From: Escherichia coli
GTDB lineage: Bacteria; Pseudomonadota; Gammaproteobacteria; Enterobacterales; Enterobacteriaceae
Assembly (NCBI RefSeq): GCF_050920415.1
Contig: NZ_CP169309.1
Length of the DNA stretch: 64,000 nt
Direction: 5' to 3' (one strand)
Each line of letters opens with the position of its first letter. Positions within the stretch are counted from its first letter, which is position 1. Positions 58,069 through 64,000 of the stretch are shown here, piece after piece. Below the pieces are notes generated by a model. The model did not search any database, had not been told where the DNA came from, and worked only from the letters and a program-made list of their open reading frames with translations. The translations under genes were made by a program, and so were the position numbers.

Positions 58069-59391
58069 TTACAACGATTGATGTCGCGTCTCATGGGTCA
58101 GCAGCAGGGCGATTAAGGTCAAGCCAGCCATCGCCGCCAGATATAACCCCACCGCACCTAACCCGTAGTTAGTCTGCAACCAGGCTGCGATATATGGTGC
58201 AACGGAAGCCCCGAGAATCGACGCTACGTTGTAAGAGAACGATGCTCCGGTGTAACGCACTTCTGTCGGGAACAGCTCTGGTAACAGCGCGCCCATCGGC
58301 CCGAAGGTCAGTCCCATCAGACTTAACCCCAGCAGCAGGAAGGCAAAAACCAGAATCGGGTTGCCAGAACCGAGCAGCGGGTTAAAGGCGAACAGCGCGA
58401 ACAGGATGATCAGCGTGGTGATGATTACCATGCTTTTACGGCGACCAAAGGCATCAGCCAGTAATCCGGCGACTGGCACCATCACGCCAAAACCAATCAC
58501 TGCCATCATCAGCATCCACAACACTTCGTTACGCGGCAGGCCAAGCCCAACTGGCGCGGCGGCGGTACTAAAGGTCATTGAGTAGACCGTCATGATGTAA
58601 AACAGCGTATAGGTTGCCAGCATAATGAACGTACCCAGTACGGTTACGCGAACATGTTTGGTCAGCAGCGTACCCAGCGGGATCTTCACCTGTTTTTTCG
58701 CTTTAGCGACTTTCTCAAACACCGGCGACTCATGCAGCGACACGCGAACATACAGGCCGATAATGACCAGCACCGCCGAGAAGATAAACGGCACGCGCCA
58801 ACCCCAGCTCATAAACTGCTCGTCGGTCAGTAGCCAGGAAAGCAGTAAGAAAGTGCCGTTGGCAAAGAAGAAGCCAATCGGTGCGCCCAGCTGCGGGAAG
58901 GAGCCGTACAGCGCGCGTTTACGCGGTGGGGCGTTTTCTGTCGCCAGTAGCGCCGCACCGCCCCATTCGCCGCCTAAACCCAGACCCTGACCAAATCGAG
59001 CCAGCGCCAGCAACAGCGGGGCGAAAATACCAATCGTGGCGTAACCCGGCAGCAGACCAATCACCACGGTCGAAATCCCCATCGTTAGCAACGAGGCGAC
59101 CAGCGTCGCTTTACGCCCAACGCGATCGCCAAAATGACCAAAGACGGCAGAGCCAATAGGGCGCGCGACGAAGGCGATGGCGAAGGTGGCAAGCGACTGT
59201 AGCGTTGCTGCCGTAGGATCGCCCTGCGGGAAGAAGATATGCGGAAACACAATAACGGCCGCAGTGGCGTAAATATAAAAGTCGAAGAACTCAATGGCCG
59301 TGCCAATGAGAGAGGCGACAAGGACTTTATTACGCGAGTTGATCGGCGTGTATTCTTGCTCGTGGTCGAGTGTTGTGGCTGTTGCTTGCAT
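58069..59391 (-). CDS. yhjE: MFS metabolite:H+ symporter YhjE
   Basis: 440-aa 12-TM ORF. Confidence 0.85.
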   Translation of the reverse strand: MQATATTLDHEQEYTPINSRNKVLVASLIGTAIEFFDFYIYATAAVIVFPHIFFPQGDPTAATLQSLATFAIAFVARPIGSAVFGHFGDRVGRKATLVASLLTMGISTVVIGLLPGYATIGIFAPLLLALARFGQGLGLGGEWGGAALLATENAPPRKRALYGSFPQLGAPIGFFFANGTFLLLSWLLTDEQFMSWGWRVPFIFSAVLVIIGLYVRVSLHESPVFEKVAKAKKQVKIPLGTLLTKHVRVTVLGTFIMLATYTLFYIMTVYSMTFSTAAAPVGLGLPRNEVLWMLMMAVIGFGVMVPVAGLLADAFGRRKSMVIITTLIILFALFAFNPLLGSGNPILVFAFLLLGLSLMGLTFGPMGALLPELFPTEVRYTGASFSYNVASILGASVAPYIAAWLQTNYGLGAVGLYLAAMAGLTLIALLLTHETRHQSL

Positions 59392-59701
59392 AATCTTTTC
59401 TTATTTTTTGGCTAACGAATAGCCATATTACGCACAGCAAAAGTGATATTTCAATGTGTAACAAATCGCGGAGTTGGTCGAAAATCAGCCAAAAAGGGAA
59501 TAATGTTTAAGCTGGTGATTTTTCTTCTATGAAATGCTTCACATAATTTCATAAATGGTGGATAAAACTGGTTTTAGGTTAAATAAAAGTTACCAACTGG
59601 ATTTATATGCTGGAGTAATGAGTTGGAATGAAATTGTTTGCTCCTAAGAGATGACAGAAAAGGCTCTGGGGAAGAGTTTAAGTGGTTATGTGCGCATGAT
59701 A

Positions 59702-59794
59702 GCCGGATGCGATGCTGGCGCATTTTATCCGGCCTACGGGGAGCCAGGCCGAATAAATTCGTAGGCCGGATAAGGCGTTACGCTGCATCCGGCA
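59702..59794. repeat. REP/BIME element (two inverted REPs)
   Basis: GCCGGATGCGATGCTGGCGCATTTTATCCGGCCTAC and inverted GTAGGCCGGATAAGGCGTTACGCTGCATCCGGCA. Confidence 0.8.
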
Positions 59795-59798
59795 TATT

Positions 59799-60812
59799 TT
59801 AAGACTGCGTTTTCCCCGGCATTCTCGGGTCGTCTTTGTATTCGGCGGTGGCAATCCACGCCGCGCAAAACAGCGTCAGACGAGCGAAGAAGTAGAAAAA
59901 CGCCATCAGTCCCAGCACGGAGCCAAATGCTGCGCCAGACGGAGATTTCATCAGCGATGGCAGTGTGTAGGTCATCACGATTTTAATCACTTCAAAACCT
60001 ATAGCAGCAAGAAATGTTCCGCGAATTAGCGCTTTTTTGCGCGGACGGTGGCGCGGCAATCGCCAAAAGATCCAGAAGAAAAGCAGATAGTTGGCGAAGA
60101 TGGAAATCGCAAGACCAATCAACCGCCACGTTGGTTTCAGCCACTCAATGCTGTTCAGGTGCAGGGCGCTAATAATCATTTGCTGCGCCGAACCGGCAAC
60201 CGAGGTGATCGAAAGCGTCACAATGAGCGCAATCAACAAACCAATCAGCGAAATAAAATCACGCAGATATTTAACCCAAAATTTTTCCTGATCCTGTGGC
60301 GAACGTTCCCAGACATCGCGCGATTGAGCGCGAATCGCTTCACGCAGGTTACCCATCCAGTTGATGCCGGAATAAAGCGCCACCGCCAGGCCGACAAGCC
60401 CTACCGTCGTACGCTGTTGAACGGCGGTATTGATGGTGTTTTTCAATGTAGCTGCCAGCGTCGGATCGCTAATATTTTGCAGAATTTTGTCGAAGATATC
60501 CTGCAGCAGCATCGGATGGGAGGCCAGAACGAAACCAGCGGCGGCAAACGACACCATCAAAATCGGAATCATCGACAAAAATGAGAAATAGGTGATAGCC
60601 GCACCAAACTGATTACCCAGCCGATCGTTAAAGCGTTCAGTCGCGCGAATCAGGTGCGCAATAATCGGTTGGCGTTGGACTTTTTCGGCAGTAGTGGTGA
60701 CGGTTTCCAGCGCCTGGCTAACTTTGCCGCCTTTCTCGCTATTATCCAACTGCTTAATCGGCTCGTGCTCCAGATCCTGGGTGGGACGTTTGATCTCGTT
60801 TTCCTGCGTCAT
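59799..60812 (-). CDS. yhjD: inner membrane protein YhjD (YihY/BrkB family)
   Basis: 337-aa polytopic ORF. Confidence 0.8.
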   Translation of the reverse strand: MTQENEIKRPTQDLEHEPIKQLDNSEKGGKVSQALETVTTTAEKVQRQPIIAHLIRATERFNDRLGNQFGAAITYFSFLSMIPILMVSFAAAGFVLASHPMLLQDIFDKILQNISDPTLAATLKNTINTAVQQRTTVGLVGLAVALYSGINWMGNLREAIRAQSRDVWERSPQDQEKFWVKYLRDFISLIGLLIALIVTLSITSVAGSAQQMIISALHLNSIEWLKPTWRLIGLAISIFANYLLFFWIFWRLPRHRPRKKALIRGTFLAAIGFEVIKIVMTYTLPSLMKSPSGAAFGSVLGLMAFFYFFARLTLFCAAWIATAEYKDDPRMPGKTQS

Positions 60813-60860
60813 CCGCTCTTTTGTCCTTCTGTCGTGGTCATTCTTAAAAAGTATAGTCGG

Positions 60861-61760
60861 TCAGTCCAGGTACTCTTTCATTACGCCAGCCAGCCACTGC
60901 ATAAACAGGTTTACACGCCGGGAAAGCTCCCGACGCTGCGGATAAACCAGCGAAAGGGAGAGCGGCTCGGCACGGTAGCCAGGTAATACTTCAATAAGCC
61001 GCCCGGCACGCAGGGCTTCGCGCACGGCAATGCGCGGGATCTGAATAATCCCCAGACCGGCAAAACCGGCGGCGAGATAGTTTTCGCTACTGTTTACCGT
61101 CAACATGCCGCCAGACTTAAACCACTGGACGCCATTAACGCTGGCAACCTCAAAACCTAACGGATGTACACTCAGGTGGGGTGTGTAACGCACTATTGCG
61201 TGTGAAGTCAGATCGTCGGGGCTTTGTGGATAACCAAAGCGTGTCAGATAGTGTGGACTGGCACAGTTGACCATGGTTAGTTTGCCGAGGGGACAGGCGA
61301 TAACACCATCTTCCGATAACGCGCCAGTGCGTATCACGCAATCAAAACCATCATGAAGAATATCTACCGGACGGTTATGGCTACTCAGTTCCAGCTCAAT
61401 TCCCGGATGCTGATAGAGAAATTCCGACAGGCGCGGCAGTAACAGGCTTTTCGCGATTCCTGGTGGGATGTCGATGCGTAATTTACCGCTGATACTGGTG
61501 GCATCCTGTTGAAACAGACCGTCCAGTTCGTTGAGATTACTCAACACATCTTTTGCCCGTTGATAATAGGTCATGCCTTCTGGCGTGAGTTTGACCCGTC
61601 GCGTGGTGCGCTGGAGAAGCTGGGTGCCAAGTTGATGTTCCAGTGCCTGTATCTGGCGCGAAACACTTCCTTTTGGCAAAGCAAAGAAATCCGCTGCGCG
61701 GGAAAAACTTTCCAGCTCCGCGACTTTGATGAACAACTGCATTGCGTGAATTTTATCCAT
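60861..61760 (-). CDS. yhjC: LysR-type transcriptional regulator YhjC
   Basis: ORF 60861..61832; start chosen at MDKIHAMQLFIKVAELESFSRAADFFALPKGSVSRQIQALEHQLG (LysR HTH), 299 aa. Confidence 0.8.
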   Translation of the reverse strand: MDKIHAMQLFIKVAELESFSRAADFFALPKGSVSRQIQALEHQLGTQLLQRTTRRVKLTPEGMTYYQRAKDVLSNLNELDGLFQQDATSISGKLRIDIPPGIAKSLLLPRLSEFLYQHPGIELELSSHNRPVDILHDGFDCVIRTGALSEDGVIACPLGKLTMVNCASPHYLTRFGYPQSPDDLTSHAIVRYTPHLSVHPLGFEVASVNGVQWFKSGGMLTVNSSENYLAAGFAGLGIIQIPRIAVREALRAGRLIEVLPGYRAEPLSLSLVYPQRRELSRRVNLFMQWLAGVMKEYLD

Positions 61761-62279
61761 TTCTTTGACCGATTGTTGTTCACATCGAAACAGTAACGCG
61801 CATATCGCATTGTTTATTGTTTTTTCTAACATCTAATGCCGGGTTTCACAATGTTGTCATGACGAATGTGGCGATTTCTCAGTAGGAAAAGGGGAGAATA
61901 GCTTTATGAGAAAGGTGAATCCCCTTAAACAGAGCGTATTTTTCAGCGATTCCCTTTAAAGTGAATAGAGGACGTATTGGCTATTTGTGCTTATTTTTGT
62001 CTCATTGCCGTTTGTTATTTTGGCTTGTGGTCGCGGAATTTCATTTTTAATTGCATGCGTACTAGCCATCAATATAAGGAAATCCTCAAAATTGTTTTAA
62101 ATAGTGCCCTCGACATGTAATTTCAGGCGTTTAGCTGTAACTATTTATATCGGTAACTATTTTCTACGCGTCATCTCTGTAGAATGGCCACCGCCAAATG
62201 GCGAATTCTTATTTTTTCTCGCGGGTAATACCCTTCCACTACTTAAGTCTTTTTAACGTATTCAGGTGGAGATTCAGTT

Positions 62280-62882
62280 ATGCAAATAGTCATGTTTGAC
62301 AGGCAGTCAATATTTATTCATGGAATGAAAATCAGTTTACAGCATCGTATTCCAGGAGTGAGTATTCAGGGGGCCAGTCAGGCAGACGAGTTATGGCAAA
62401 AGCTGGAAAGTTACCCTGAAGCCTTAGTGATGCTCGATGGCGATCAGGATGGTGAGTTTTGCTACTGGTTGCTGCAAAAAACCGTGGTGCAATTTCCTGA
62501 GGTTAAGGTGTTAATTACGGCGACGGATTGCAACAAACGGTGGTTACAGGAAGTTATTCATTTTAATGTGCTGGCCATTGTGCCTCGTGATTCAACCGTC
62601 GAGACATTTGCGTTGGCGGTCAATAGTGCGGCGATGGGGATGATGTTTCTGCCTGGAGACTGGCGAACGACGCCGGAAAAGGACATTAAAGATCTCAAAT
62701 CGTTAAGCGCCCGCCAGCGGGAGATTTTAACCATGTTAGCGGCGGGCGAATCAAATAAAGAGATCGGCAGGGCGCTGAATATCAGTACCGGAACGGTGAA
62801 AGCGCATCTGGAATCACTGTATCGCCGTCTGGAAGTCAAAAATCGCACCCAGGCGGCAATGATGTTAAATATCTCCTCCTGA
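62280..62882 (+). CDS. yhjB: LuxR/FixJ-type HTH response-regulator-like protein YhjB
   Basis: 200-aa ORF with C-terminal LuxR-type HTH (LSARQREILTMLAAGESNKEIGRALNISTGTVKAHL). Confidence 0.8.
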   Translation: MQIVMFDRQSIFIHGMKISLQHRIPGVSIQGASQADELWQKLESYPEALVMLDGDQDGEFCYWLLQKTVVQFPEVKVLITATDCNKRWLQEVIHFNVLAIVPRDSTVETFALAVNSAAMGMMFLPGDWRTTPEKDIKDLKSLSARQREILTMLAAGESNKEIGRALNISTGTVKAHLESLYRRLEVKNRTQAAMMLNISS

Positions 62883-62932
62883 AGAGGATAATTTTACAGC
62901 CAGCAGGAAGTTAGCGGCTGGCTGTAAAAATA

Positions 62933-64000
<1,068 letters not shown>

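Overview
This 64-kb window is a contiguous, syntenic stretch of an Escherichia coli-type core chromosome, in the opposite orientation to K-12 MG1655 numbering, running from xylH to treF. Gene order is xylH-xylG-xylF / xylA-xylB-yiaB-yiaA, wecH, ysaB, glyQ-glyS, hokA/sokA, cspA, yiaG, yiaF, ghrB, yiaD, bisC, yiaC-tag, yhjY, yhjX, eptB, tRNA-Pro (proK), dppABCDF, yhjV, a four-copy ldr/rdl array, bcsGFE / bcsRQABZC, pdeK, dctA, yhjJ, kdgK, pdeH, yhjG, yhjE, yhjD, yhjC, yhjB, treF. Gene calls rest on my recognition of the translated ORFs and on synteny; no database search was possible. Every ORF above about 150 aa is accounted for by a known housekeeping, transport or cellulose-biosynthesis gene, so I do not see a previously undescribed multi-gene system here, and I found no CRISPR array, prophage or IS element. 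The features most worth a second look are strain-variable and non-coding. First, a four-copy tandem array of Ldr/Rdl type I toxin-antitoxin units (K-12 has one at this site, from memory) whose copies differ in a short block that is shuffled in all four combinations. Second, two degenerate repeat units downstream of tRNA-Pro, each ending in a copy of the tRNA 3' end and each followed by its own terminator. Third, a hokA/sokA locus with no IS150 insertion and a bcsQ without the K-12 premature stop. Several regulatory motifs can also be read directly from the sequence. Manually derived coordinates for non-coding features are approximate to within a few bases.
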